This document shows, in pieces, positions 1-12,877 of a DNA stretch of 64,000 nucleotides (positions are counted from its first letter, which is position 1; every line of letters starts with the position of its first letter). The stretch comes from Lama glama (lineage: Eukaryota). The stretch is from the NCBI GenBank assembly GCA_028534125.1, contig CM052816.1, positions 47,060,001 to 47,124,000 of the forward strand, written 5' to 3'. The notes under the pieces are model-generated. The model was given only the letters and a program-made list of their open reading frames with translations. It did not search any database and was not told where the DNA came from. The translations under genes were made by a program, and so were the position numbers.

Positions 1-1168
1 ATCTAGGTCACCAGGAAGCAAACAAAAGGAAAAAGCTTCAGACCACATTTTTTTTTTCCTCCAATCAAATCACAAGAGGCTGCAGCCTGGCCTTCCAGCA
101 AGCCCCATCTTTGGGTTTTCCCACACACAGGGATTAAATTCTGTAGCTGGAGAATACTAATTTGAGGAATTCTATGGTTAAGAAAGCTTCTGAGGACTAA
201 TTTAGTTAACTCACTACTATGCTTAACATTACTTCTATGGGGAAATATATTGCAGAATATAAACAAACCAGACTAGAAGAACACTTTTGAAATGAGACCC
301 ATCAGCAAACTAGGACAGCCAATTGGGTACATTTCTGGAGGAGAAGAAAGGAAGGTAGGTGCCATTTAGATGGTTATGGTCTTGCCACCATCATGCTAGA
401 TGTTTTCTTCAGCTTGAATTCAACATGAATTTTAAAATGTTAATTCAATTTCAAATGAGAGTGGAAGTAATGTCTTCACTAAACTTTGTAATTGAAATAC
501 TTCATTATATTTGTCTTTCTAATGGGATAAAAAAAAACTTTAAATTTTCTTCAAATTAGAATTCTTATAGTATATAGTACATTTGACATTATAATGAAAA
601 TCAAGAAATATTTCCAATTTTAAAGACATGAGAAAAGGAATAAAATCAAAATAATGATTATCAATCTTTGCAGAATAATCTAAGGAAATAATTATTCCAA
701 AAGTGTACAATTACAGCTGATGGTGAGTGCTATACAAGGGAAATTGTTGTTCTTAATTTTTTTCAGATTTTACTTTTAGAAAAATTATAATTTAACTTTT
801 TTGGGTTATAATATCTTGACATTTACCTGATATAAAAATAGTATACTTAAAAAAAGATTTATTGAGATGTCAGAAGTTTAATCTTTTCAATTATTTCTAA
901 TTTTTTGCAGATAATAATAAAACACTATGGAATATTGGGGTAGAATATCTTTTGTAAGCCAATAGTAGCTCATGAGCTGTCTCAATCATTTTTTGTGTAT
1001 TACTGAAATATGTTTATTCACTATATCCCATTGAGTAGATGCAGATAGGATGTGTTAGATTGTGTTTCTGAAATGGGAACACTAAATCAACCGACAGCAA
1101 ATCCATTACAGCAGAATAGCCTTTGGAGTTACAATCCCTGAGTTACACCTTGACAAGGGCTCTTCCAC

Positions 1169-1858
1169 TGTGGTAGCCAGCCTCCAAGATGGCCTCCAAT
1201 GATCCTTGTCTCCTGGTATTTACGCCCTTATGTTAATTCCTCATATAACGAATAGAGTTGACCTGTATAGCAAATAGGATACAGGCATACCTCAGGGATA
1301 TTGCAGGTTTGGTTCCAGATGACCGCAATAAAGTGAACACATCAATAAAGTGAGTCACATGACTTTTTTTGGTTTCCTAGGGCATATAAAAGTTATATGT
1401 ATACTATACTGTAGTCTATTAAGCGTGCAATAGCATTATGTCTAAAAAGCCAATGTATATACCTTAATTTACAAATACTTAATTGCTTAAAAAATGCTAA
1501 CCATCATCCAACAATGCAGGATTGCACAAACCTTCAATTTGTAAAAAAAAAAAAAAAAAAAAAAGCAATATAGTGAAGGATAATAAAATGAGGTCTGCCT
1601 ATATTGTGGAAATGACAGAATGTAAGTTCTAAGTCTAGGTCATAGACACTGAAGCTTCTATCCCATTCTTTTGTATCACTTGCTGTGGAAAAAGTTAGCT
1701 CTTACATTGTGTGGAAACTCAAGCAGTCCTATGATGAGATCCACGTTCCAAGGAGCTCCTCAGGCTTGACAGACCCGGAGTCAGAACCACCATCTACACC
1801 ATGTCTGAACTCCTGCGAAGTTTGGAGAAATTTGTTACACAGCCAGAGATAGCTAACA
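1169..1858 (+). mobile_element. MaLR solo LTR (MLT1F/G-like), split by a Tigger1 derivative
   Basis: Starts tgtggtagccagcctccaagatggcctccaatgatccttgtctcctggtattt and ends aatttgttacacagccagagatagctaaca, both typical MLT1 termini. Interrupted at 1282-1601. Confidence 0.75.
1282..1601 (-). mobile_element. Tigger1 internal-deletion derivative (MITE-like, Tc1/mariner-pogo)
   Basis: ta|caggcatacctc...gaggtctgccta|ta gives TIRs and a TA target duplication. Both halves match the two ends of the long Tigger1 at 15415-17759. Confidence 0.88.
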
Positions 1859-4800
1859 ACGTCCTCCATCTTCAAGAGCCCTTGATCCTGAAATCCTTTT
1901 CTCCCCACCATTCTGCAAAGTAGAAAAACAAATTGGCTCTTGGATGTAGTAACATGGATGAACAATCTAAATAAATAATTGTCTATGATAAAGTACTTTT
2001 CTCTTCAGCTGTTTAATAGCATATCTTATGTACACCCACCACAATATCATTGTGTGATTACCTACTTTAAGATTTTTGGAAGAAGTGTAAGACAGTATCA
2101 AATAGGTTTAAAATGCTATCAGCCTCTGAATAAATGCCTTACCATTTTGAACTATTTTTTTAATTGGCCACCAAAAAGTAAAAATAGAAAAGAATTTTGT
2201 AAGTAATTTGATTATTTTCTCCAAATCTCTTCTGACCTCTCTGGAACCATTTAAAACAATTAGTATTTCAAGGTTTCAAATTTCAGCATTTCATATATAT
2301 ATATATATAAAACTATATATAATTTTCATTCAATAATTGCTATATTTCCTTCGCTTGTCATCTTCCTCTGTACCCAGGGTTAAAGCATCTCATGTATTGA
2401 TTGCTCTGTTACTTGTTTTGTTATAGAAAGGTATTTCAATAGAATGTTTAGAAATATTCCTAATGTGTATGTAAATTTACACTATTTTCTGATCACAACT
2501 GCCAGAATGACAGCCTTTCAAAGTCAGCAATTTATCTATAAATACAAATTTCCCAATAGAAGCAGTCTCACAGTTTTCAGCAATTTATTGTTATTAATAC
2601 CATTGCAAAGTATTTTTAGAACATATTCTAGAGCATAAGCAAGCTTATTCTTAGGGAAGTTATAATTTGAAGTATGATAAGACAAACAAACAGAAAACAA
2701 TATAAAGGATTGCTAAGGTGAGGAAGGAATGTTCTCCAAAAAGAAAAACAATTAAAAGGCACCAAGTGAAGATGCAAAAAGGGATTGAGCAAGCTGGTTG
2801 GTACTCCTCTTACAGGTGAGACTTTTGCTTGAGAGAACATTGAGGATGAAAAGCTGAATGTCTCCCATTTCAATAGTTGATCATTTTCTCCATCCTTTGT
2901 CTGACCCAGAAAAGCAACTTAAAACAGACAGGAAAATAAAAACCGAGGGTTCTGATGATGGACCTGTTTTACTTGGGCAAAGCACCTAGGTAAACTATCA
3001 TTCTTTTTTTTTTTTTAATCTCTAAAGTAAAGGCTGGTGAATGATGCAGTTTATTGCTTTCAACACATCAGTTATATAACGATTAATGGTACATGAGGCA
3101 GGTAAATAAGAAAAACCTAGCCAAAACAAAATGAAACCTTTTTGAGATTTTTAAAAAAGGGCTTTTCACTTCCAATAAATGTAAGGCATTACAAAAGGAC
3201 CAGTTAAATTTATCAGCACCCAACTAGATCATCTGTTATTCTAGAGTCTAGATTGAGCAAATCCAGAAAGTCCCCAGGCTCTTAGTTTAGGTTGCTTTAA
3301 ATTTAACAACAAATAAGAGTTTCAGGTTTCAAGATGATAAAGAAAGTGTGTAAGTGTGTGTGATATAATAAATGGCTGATTATTAGATTGGGAAAAGAAA
3401 AATTGTTCTGATTAGTAACTATTTCCACTCTTAGGATTTAATTTTGGCCATAAAATGCTGACATCTGTAATATTTTACCTAAAGTTTGCCTCCAAACTTG
3501 TGATAAAGACCAAAAACATAGACTCAGATGAGTACGAGTATGTAAAAGGAGGCAAACCGAAGGCTTGCTTAATAAAAATACAAAAAAGTATAATGACGAA
3601 AAGTAAAAATACAGCCAGCCAACGTGAAAGGCAGTGCCTTATCTATATATTAATAATGCCATGGGTTTAGGACTTTAGGAGCAAGATAAATACATTCTGA
3701 GGTTTCACTCTGTAATATACAGACACAGTTACACTGAAGTGCAGAACTGGGAATCAGAGGCCAGGTTCCCAATCTTTTCCCCATCACAGTATTAGGCAGC
3801 TACCTGGCCACCGATCCCCTCCCCTTCCCCACTCAGGGAGACCCACACAAAGGAGCACTTGGAAACAGAGCAGGGCTGCCTTCGTCCCATAAAGATGATG
3901 GCAGATTTCCCAAGAATTGCACTTAGTGTTAGAGAAAACCAAGGATGAAGGATGCCTTAAAAAAGAAAATCCACAAAGAGATATGTGACCCTCCCCTCGG
4001 CTCTGGGCGCTAGAGAGAAGAGATACAAAGATCTAGTTATTCAGACATTAAAACAAACACATGTACAACACTGATAAGCATTTTGCTCAAAGGGAGAAAA
4101 GAACAGGAAGGGCTGAAAGTCTCCACACAGACCAATCTGTTAGATGAAAACATATTTCCTTTTTTCTTCTGGTCTCCTCTATGAGACAGTGTACAAAGTG
4201 CTCATTTATATTTTCTTTGTTTTCATCCCAAAGCTAGAAGATCAAAGAGTTAATAAAACCTCCTTGCTATAGAAGGTCATTACAAAACTAAATGCAGCAA
4301 TTCAAAGTGGAAAATAGAATGAATGCCGAGGAGATGTTTAACGAAGTAACATTCTAGATGTATTCTTTGAAGAACATTTGCAGACTCGTTTGATTGCTTT
4401 AGAGCGTGCAGGGCACAATGCGTCCTGCGCGCAGAGCGAGCGTTGACTGATGGTTGTGTCCTGAGGCACCACGGCCAGGCCACTTGGAATCACAAGTACA
4501 TTTGATAGAGAATTACCTGCTACGGTGGAAACATTCATGAGTATTTTACATAGCAAAATGGTATTAAAAACTTCCGTCTTCTTTCCCCCTGAAGCCTAAT
4601 TAAATGTCCAAACATAAGACATGAGTCTATTCATTTAAAAAATAATTTGAAGCACTAGTTTTCCAAGAACTGACGTAGTTGGATGCCATGATGAGAGATT
4701 AGCTTGATGTTTCCCATTAGCTGTTGAGAGCCTTCTTTTTTCTTTTTCTTCTTTTTTGTCCTTCTTTAGTGCTGACATCCTTAGAATGAGAGAAAATACA

Positions 4801-7290
4801 GAATATAGACAGGCAGTCTGGAAAATTGTCAATATTGCCATGTTGATTTATTCAAAAGAGACAGGCTGGTGCACTGGCCTTGCATTTCAATGTGACATGT
4901 CAGAATTTGCCATCCACTGTAGCCCTTGAATCTCAGCACTAGGATCCATTAGGTTTCTTCCTAAAAAAAAAAAAAAAAAAAAAAACAAAAGAAGAAGAGG
5001 AGCAGAACAGTCTAGAACATCAGAAGTGACCATCCTGCCGGTGCGGCCACAGCTACCTGGCGACATGGCGGCTGATGACTGAGGTTATTTAGAGTCTCTG
5101 ACTGAGGTACAATCAAACAGTTATTGTTTCACTATTTAAAAACTTGGGAGATATAGGTTGTTTTCATTTTGAGGACGAGGGAGTTCTTTCCTAAGATAAT
5201 CTGGGGGGTAGATTGGAAAACTGGCAAAACTAGGTGTTCAGATAATGATTCCACTCAGAAGGGGAGTATAATTAAGTAACAACATAGGAATGTAAAGATA
5301 TGAGATTAAGCAGTGAAACTTTTTAATCATTTGGGGCAAATAATTGACCTATTTCATCATAAAATGAAACTGGAAGTACCGTTGAATGTTGTGCCGATGC
5401 CAAGTCTATTTTTTTTTTCCTTTTTGCATCAGTGGTGCATGTCACCTTCCTGCAAGGCAACCAGTTTGCAGATCTGGCCAGAGGGAAAAACACTGGACAA
5501 CAAAATGAAAAGGAGGCGTAAGTCAGCCCAGATCTCTGAACCCTAGGAAAGGCAACTTCCCTCCAGCTCATGAAAGAGGACGATTGTGCTCAGTACCACT
5601 TATCCGGTGCCAACAATCTGGTAAGCCCTCTATTCAGCACTACACCAAGGCTACGGCAAGGTGACCCGGAGGTTGGGGCCGAGGTCAGGGAAAGGGCACT
5701 GCCTGAAAAATGAAACTAGTCAAAAGGAAAGAATCCTAGGAATGGGTGAGGTTAGTCACCCACAAAAGTAGCCCAATCCAAGAATGGCATAGAAAATCAT
5801 TTTTTAATGAACCCAAAGCTCTAACTCTCTTAAATAATCTTGCAGCTCCTTGCAGACTGGTGCTAGGATGCTCTGAAGCATGATCATAGCAATTAGCACT
5901 TCAACACTAAAATTCCTAGACTTCCTCGACCCCTTCATCTCTTCTTTTCAGGTTCCCAAATTCTCTCCTCGTTTCTCTTCCCCTCTTTCCACCACCACCT
6001 CACTTTCAAAACTAAAGACCAGACACCAGGTATAAAGACACCACAACCTTGTCATTTGAAACCCTCTCCGAACGCTGGTCAGCTTTCCCTTCCCCACAAT
6101 ATTCCTGGTACCTCCCCAGAGTGGCAGAGTGTTGAATACACGGATATGTACACGATAACCATGAGCTGGTCATGGAATGCCATGGGTACCCATTTTAAGC
6201 AAGCTCTTTCAAGGTTAAAGGAACCTTAATGCTTGGAATATTTATTTGCCCTTGCATAGCTTTTCTTACCTCATGTGATGCATATGAGTACTTACATGGT
6301 GCCTGTTACAAAGAGAGGCTGCAGGATGAAGGAACACGGGCTTAGGGTTACTTATTTTCAGCCTTCTGAATTAAAAAAATAAAAATCAATGACATTTCTT
6401 CCCCTAGATGGCAAGATAAAAACATTTCACAAATACAACTATATTACTTTGAAGATGTGAAAAGACTAGATTAACTTTGAAAAGGATTTTTATTTTAAAT
6501 TGGTGGCCAGAGCTGATATGTGCAACTAAAATGGTTACTATTCATCTGGTTTCTTTTTCTAAGAAACCCCAAAATCATAAAGTTAGGAAGTATTTGATTA
6601 CTTTTCTCTTCAGTGCATAGGATGAAGAGGGAGATTTCAAGTTCTTTTTGTTTCATATTTGTTTTCAAGAATTCATATAAGGAAGTCAATTTTATACAAA
6701 ATAATTTCATAAAATTACTTTTAAGAGAGTCAGTTTCCATAGATCATTTTCAGTAGGTCATATAATATAAGTCTTTTAATATGAGCTCCTTACTTGTATT
6801 AGTGCATTATAAATTATTTATCTTGAAAAAATACATTAAAAACAGAATTAGAGTGTCTGGTTTATATAGCTCACAGCATTACGTTAAAATAGTAAAATGC
6901 ATGTTATACAGAGAGAAATGTAAATGTGGCCTAAAAGAACATTTTGAGTCAGTTTCACATTAAACATTGAATAGAAAAGTTGACTTATCTTAAAATAAAG
7001 CAAGTCACTACATCACTCTGCTACAAGCAAACATTTCGTTTGTAAATAAGGATGAACTGACAGTGCTTGAAAGTATAGTTCATCAAAATCACAACAAGAA
7101 ACCAAATATTATGAACATGTAAAATTCCATGTTTATTTAATATCCATTACATAGCCGGTTCATTGAAACCAGGCTTTGTAAAGACAAATAACATTTCTGA
7201 TGAGCATAAACAATATCATATAGTTGAAATTCATCCTGTATGTTCACATGAATAAAGACGTCATTACACAAGAGTTCCAACAATAAAGAC

Positions 7291-7497
7291 CTTGCTGTGG
7301 ATTGGTGTGGCATCTCTCAGCGCTTCCAGGCAGCACCAGCCCCCAGCTCAGCAGCTCTGCTTCAAGGGGCTTGGTGATCAGCAGGTCTGCACTCAGCAGT
7401 CATGGACTCTCCCCCCAGTATCTGAGTTGGTGCCCAGTGTGGTCCATGTCATGGGTACCTTCTCGGAGGACACATCCAGAGCTCAGGAAGGGTATTC
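7291..7497 (-). other. Candidate non-coding exon
   Basis: GC-rich block in AT-rich flanks. Minus-strand acceptor ctttgttttgttatttttttgtcctag|GAA at 7497; donor candidates aag|gtaccc (7459) or aag|gtcttt (7291). Stops in all three minus frames. Confidence 0.35.
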
Positions 7498-7634
7498 CTA
7501 GGACAAAAAAATAACAAAACAAAGTGGAAAAACTAAAGGCAATATGCAGACAATGTAAAAAGGCTCACTCTGGTCAAGGAGAAGGATGAGTGTTATGCTT
7601 TGTGAACATCAATGATTATATGTTATAGTTACAT

Positions 7635-7830
7635 GTATTTATTAAAGTTTACTATGTGCCAAGCACACTGTTAAGCACTTTTTAAAAATTTACCACCTTA
7701 TAAAATGGTCATTAGAATACTTTAAAATAAGCACTATAATTATTTCTGTTTTATAAATAGAGAAACTAAGCTTGACAGACGTCAAGAAAATTAAACGTGA
7801 TTCATAATAAGTAGTAAAACCAGGATGTCC
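7635..7830 (-). mobile_element. MIR SINE fragment
   Basis: tttattaaagtttactatgtgccaagcacactgttaagcactt...ttttataaatagagaaactaag resembles the antisense MIR core. Confidence 0.6.
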
Positions 7831-7832
7831 TT

Positions 7833-8460
7833 TGTGGTATCAAACAGTGCAGGCAGGACCGGTAGCTCCCTATGGCTAACATCATGGATGAGCTGATGGC
7901 TTCCTCAAAGCCATTCATAGCCCTTTTTTTGCATTGCTTGTCTTAATTATGGAGGCTGGAAAACTAAAATTCTTGATATTCTAAAAAGACTTCTTTCTGT
8001 CTCACTGGTAAAATTTTTATTTTTCTTCCAATTTTTATAATCCAGACCACAACACAACTCTCCTTGCTCCTAGGAGTAACCATGTGATAGATTCTGACCA
8101 AGGAGATGTAAGATGAAATTGGTAGCTGGGGCTTAGCAGAATTTTTTTTTAAGAGATAGACTCAGTTGTACAGCAGATCTCTAGTTATGAGGGTAGATTT
8201 CATGTTAAGTGTTCTAACCACAAGAGAAAAAGAAAGAAAGAAAGAAGAAAGAAAGAAAGAAAGAGAGAAAGAGAGACAGGAAGGAAGGAAGGAAGGAAAA
8301 GTGAAAGAAGAGAAAAAGGAAAAAGACTCCTGATCTCTTCACGCCCTCATCCTTCTTCTTTACCTATCCCAGGTTATCCATCCTCAGATTTGTTGATACA
8401 TAAGGGGGAAAAATCCTTTCTGCTAAGCCACGTTAATTTGATACTTGTGGCTGGCTATAC
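7833..8460 (+). mobile_element. Old ERVL-class LTR (LTR16/LTR33-like) containing a short L1 3'-like fragment and a GAAA repeat
   Basis: ggaggctggaaaactaaaa and ccatgtgatagattctgaccaaggagatgtaag resemble LTR16/33 motifs. gtagatttcatgttaagtgttctaaccaca (~8192-8222) resembles an L1MA-type 3' segment. Confidence 0.45.
8223..8326 (+). repeat. (GAAA)n/(GGAA)n purine microsatellite
   Basis: Directly visible. Confidence 0.9.
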
Positions 8461-8929
8461 TGATTACCTAAAACTGCTTTTTGAAGTTTTATGACTTATT
8501 GAGGGAGTGAGAGCAATAATCAGTAGAATTTGTCAAATAAACGGATAAATGATTGAGTCATATATCTTAATTGTGGGGTATGCTGTACCGTATTTCTACA
8601 ATGAAATTAATGTCGGGTGAGTTTCCTTTCATATGGATGCTAAATACTAGCACATCTGAAATAGCTATCAGTTCTCCTTGCTATAAGAATGCAGGTTAAA
8701 AAATAGGATAAGCCCTCTGGCTTATGTGCACAGAAAGACGGCTCTAGCCCTGATCAGAGAGCTCCAAAATCCAGAACTGAATTCACTGTTGGGCCTGGCA
8801 GAGAAGGGGAGGAGAAAATTCAGGAGGGAAAATAAGAAATTTTTGGAGAAGATAAGATACTCAGGTTAAATTTTTTCTATTAAGTTGAACAAAACCCACT
8901 TTCTAATTCCACTCCCTGTGTTAACGACT

Positions 8930-9125
8930 GAAATCCCATCTTCAGTGCTCTCTGCAGGTGTGATCTTAGATAAGGCTGTTTCACCTCTCTGAGATTACCA
9001 GTTGTGTTCAACCATAAAGTCAACATTTTGCAACCCATCTCATAGGATTGCTTTTAGGATTAATTAAAACAAAGAATGTGAATTGCCTAGTACTGTGCCT
9101 GACATATAGAATGCAGTTAACAGAC
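8930..9125 (+). mobile_element. MIR SINE
   Basis: aaatcccatcttcagtgctc...tgtgatcttagataag...tttcacctctctgag...catctcataggattg...tgcctgacatatag. Confidence 0.65.
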
Positions 9126-9619
9126 TTTAATCCCCTCCCCCCCACAACCCACTTCCCCATCACTCAACCCGTTTGACGGAAGGATGACTTCAAAGACTGC
9201 TGTCTAATCTTTGAAAGCATTCTTCTTTTTCTTATTTCATAGTCCCATCACCTACAAAGACAACATTTGGCTGGACACAGATATTAATGAAAGAAATGCC
9301 TCCTACCTAAGACATAAGCTTTCTGAAGACAGTAACCATGTCTTATCAGTGTTTATGTTCCTCAGAAACTTAAGTTGCTAAAGATTTTCCAGGATATCTG
9401 AACAGAAAAGAATTTCTGAACCCACTGTATTAAAATGTTATGATTTATCAGTTCAAATGACTCATCTTTTTAAGGTACAATCTTGTCAGTATTTACTATT
9501 CATTATGCACAATGCTTGAAGACCTATAAAGCAATTGTGAGCCAAAGCACCTCATTTATGGATGATAATATGAAGGTGTAAAAAAAGCAGAAAACAAAAA
9601 ATATCCTCTAATATAACGG

Positions 9620-9845
9620 TTGTTTACTGTGAACGATTCCCTGTGCTAGGCGCCATCATACATCATTGCTAATCCTCTCCACAACTCTGCAAAATGAGGG
9701 TTATAAGCCCCGTATTACAGAAAGGAAAGCCAAGGGTCAGAGACTTGACTGGCACTGATGAATAAGTGAATTCAAAGTGCCTTAACTGAAGTTTGCCTTC
9801 AGATCTCTCAGATTCTAGTGTTTGAGCTCTGTGCGTTCCACATAC
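9620..9845 (-). mobile_element. MIR SINE
   Basis: aatcctctccacaactctgcaaaatgagggttataagccccgtattacagaaaggaaagccaagggtcagag. Confidence 0.6.
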
Positions 9846-11409
9846 TGCATCCCAGAAGATGAGCAGATTATGAATTTCTGGGACCCAAAAGTCGAGAAAA
9901 TCATATCTCTAGTTTGGTTTTGGAAACTTAGTTATTCAGATCTATAACATCAACATTATTTATCCCTAGTAAAAAACAATAATAATGTCTAATATTACCA
10001 TTGCAGCATATAAAGATCTCATTTAATTTTCACCCCATTTCTGTGAGGTACATATTATGACCTTCTTATAAAAATAGATGTTGAAAGTTAAGCAGAGAAA
10101 TGGTTTTTCCCAAGTAACAGACCTTAGACTCACACCCTGACCCCATCGCCTAGTCGAGTTCCTTTTTCCACGCTGCCACATTTTGCTCCCCATGCTGCTG
10201 TGCTTAAATTTCAGTGAAAAAGGACAAAGGTAGGGATGAGGACATGGAATAATTACCATCTCTAGTCTTTCTTCCTTCCACTATCTAAAGTGCTTTCTGG
10301 TGAACAAAGATTTTTTTTTTTTTCAAACAAGGTGTCTTCTGAGAAGGGATTCTGATAAAGCATGGATTCAATAAAGCAAGTCTTCCCACTGAGCATAGTT
10401 GATCAAGTATTAGAGTGATTTTCTAAAGGTCCTTAGTTCAGGCTTGGTTTTCAGCGTGTCCTTTTTCTCTTCCTTAACGTCTGCTCTCATGCAAGTAGTG
10501 AGTCATCACTTTACGAGCTAGAATAGCCCTGGGGTATTTAACAGGTGCTGGAACTCATGTCTAGGTCACCAGTTCAGATCCAAAGATATACGGTTCTCTG
10601 TTCTTCAAACCTGTGGCTTCAAGCAGTAGGAACAGACCAATATCTTTAAAGTAGTTTATTGTACCACAAAACCATTCTTACCTACTTTGATTTAGAGGTA
10701 CTGGTGAGAAATCAACTAGCATTGTTAGCACTGAGTACTAGCAGGGCGGTAACCATCATTCATTCCACTGACACACAGTATGTCTCTTATGCTGTCTAGA
10801 AGTGAGACAGCTGGATGTAAGCAACCAAGTGAAGTGGGATAGCCTGTATTCCTTTTAAAAATTCAATTTGAGTTTGGAAAAGGTGGAATTAGGGTGAGCA
10901 GCAGAAAGAGCAGCAAGGAATAGTTGACAAAGAAGGAAGATAATAATGAGCCAAGTTTGAACTACATTAGATCAGAAAGAATGATGAAATGAATCAAAAG
11001 CTAAACGTAGGAAGGAGGGTCACATGCCCAATATATCAACTTTGCAAACTGGAGAACCTGGGACAGTAAAGCAGAAAGTCAGTTAATTCCACACTCAGTT
11101 ATTCTTGATTAGCTTTTTGATGATCTTTAAATATTTTAAAACATTGTCTTCAGGTATTATTAAGGAAAGATGCCTGGGTCTGGAAGACTCAATAATATTT
11201 ACAGATCCTATCCTGGTTCTTGGAGTAAGCCAAAGATGTAAAGGTGTCCTTTACAGCCTAGTGCTTGTAAAGACTTCTTTCTGTTTGGTTGTGCCATACC
11301 TTGCATATTTCTCATTTTATTCCTTCTTGAAACCCTGTTTACAATTGTGAAATGCCATATTAGCAGGAGGAAGCACTTTAATTTCACTGTTCTCTCTAAC
11401 GAATGTTTA

Positions 11410-11590
11410 CTAATTTAATCTTTGCAACACACCTCTGAAATAAAATCTACTCTTACCCCCATTTTATAGATGAGGAAACTGGCATAGAGAGAGCTGGCAG
11501 CTTTCCAAGGTCATGGAGATAATTAACCAGTGAGGCTACGACTCAAACTCAGGCTGTTTTCTCCAAGTCCTTACTCTTAACCACTACGCC
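11410..11590 (-). mobile_element. MIR SINE
   Basis: cccattttatagatgaggaaactggcatagaga...ccaaggtcatgg...gactcaaactcaggctg...ctcttaaccactac. Confidence 0.75.
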
Positions 11591-12801
11591 ATATTTAAAG
11601 CAGTTAAAATATTTAATGCAGTTAAAATATTTTATCATCTTTTAAGAATAAAACTTAAGTTACAAACAAAGCTATAGGTATGTGTCCAAATATTTAGTGA
11701 TTGTATAACTGAGCTGAAAAATAAAATAGTGTTTTATTCAGAAACTATGATTTAATTCCTAATCTACTTAGGTGTGCAAATCATATTTTTAGAAATAAAA
11801 AGAATGTAATTTTATCTACAAAATTATAATAATTATTACTCAAGAGACTCCTATACTCCTACCATCATTTCTGGCACTGTAAACATTGTTTGTATTAATG
11901 AAAATGCTGGTTCGGTTGGTGGCATTTCAAACAAGGAAGCAGAGGCTGTACTTCCAACCTGAACATAAACATAATTGGAAAAAGTGATGATGAACTAAAG
12001 TATATTTACACAAGCATTTGAAATAATGGCTCATGAGTCCTGTAGAACATTTTTTCCCTTTTAAAACAATCATACACAGAACCCTACTGGTTCAATTCTT
12101 GGCATCTTATTCATGCTATAAATCTCCCTGCTGGATAGGAAATCTAGTCCATATCGCCACCATTTTTCAACTCTAGCGCATCTCCCTTGCTGAGTACTTA
12201 GATGAAATAAGATGTAAGGATTTCTCAATTTGTTTCATTCTTTTTTGATATTAGAATTTCAACCAGTGGCAACTAGAATGACAAACTCCTAAACTTTATG
12301 TAATAGTGTGGAAGGGTGTGATGGGAGTGTGTGTGGGTATGTGTGCATGGTTTATGCATGTGCCCAGCCAGAGACCACTGCAATGATGACAAAAATTTGA
12401 GACTAGAGACTGGTAAATATACATTCTCTAAGAAAAACGCAAATTAAAAATGAGGTGGACTTTCCCTCAATTGCATATTTATTTAATCAGTCAAAGTCAT
12501 ATAAAACCCAACCTCATTTCAGGCTTCTTGAGAAGTAAACCAAAAAATGATTAAACATCTCTGATAAAAGTGTGCAGATATGGCTGGAATTCTAAACATC
12601 ACAGATGAAAAAGAAAAGAAACTTCCTACGCTTCAAAATACAGCAAAAACAAATCTCAAACCTATTCTGACCAAAAATCATTTCCAGACGATCTAGTGAG
12701 TAAAGTGTGAATGTATCAGCCTGAAGCTTTTCTGAAGTTTTCCTGAAAGTTGCACATTCAAGTTTCCATCTGTGGCCCTACTAGAAGCATGAAATTTCCA
12801 T

Positions 12802-12877
12802 CTGTATGTGTGTGTATGTCTGTGTGTGTGTATATATATATATGTGTGTATATATATATATGTGTATATATATATAT
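12802..12877. repeat. Compound (TG)n/(TA)n microsatellite
   Basis: Directly visible. Confidence 0.9.

Noticed and set aside
5630..5655. REST/RE1-like ttcagcac (also ~24339)
   Set aside because: Only the left half-site; the GGACAG right half is absent.
11591..11632. 18-bp tandem repeat atatttaa(a/t)gcagttaaa
   Set aside because: Simple local slippage duplication with no spacers; not CRISPR-like.
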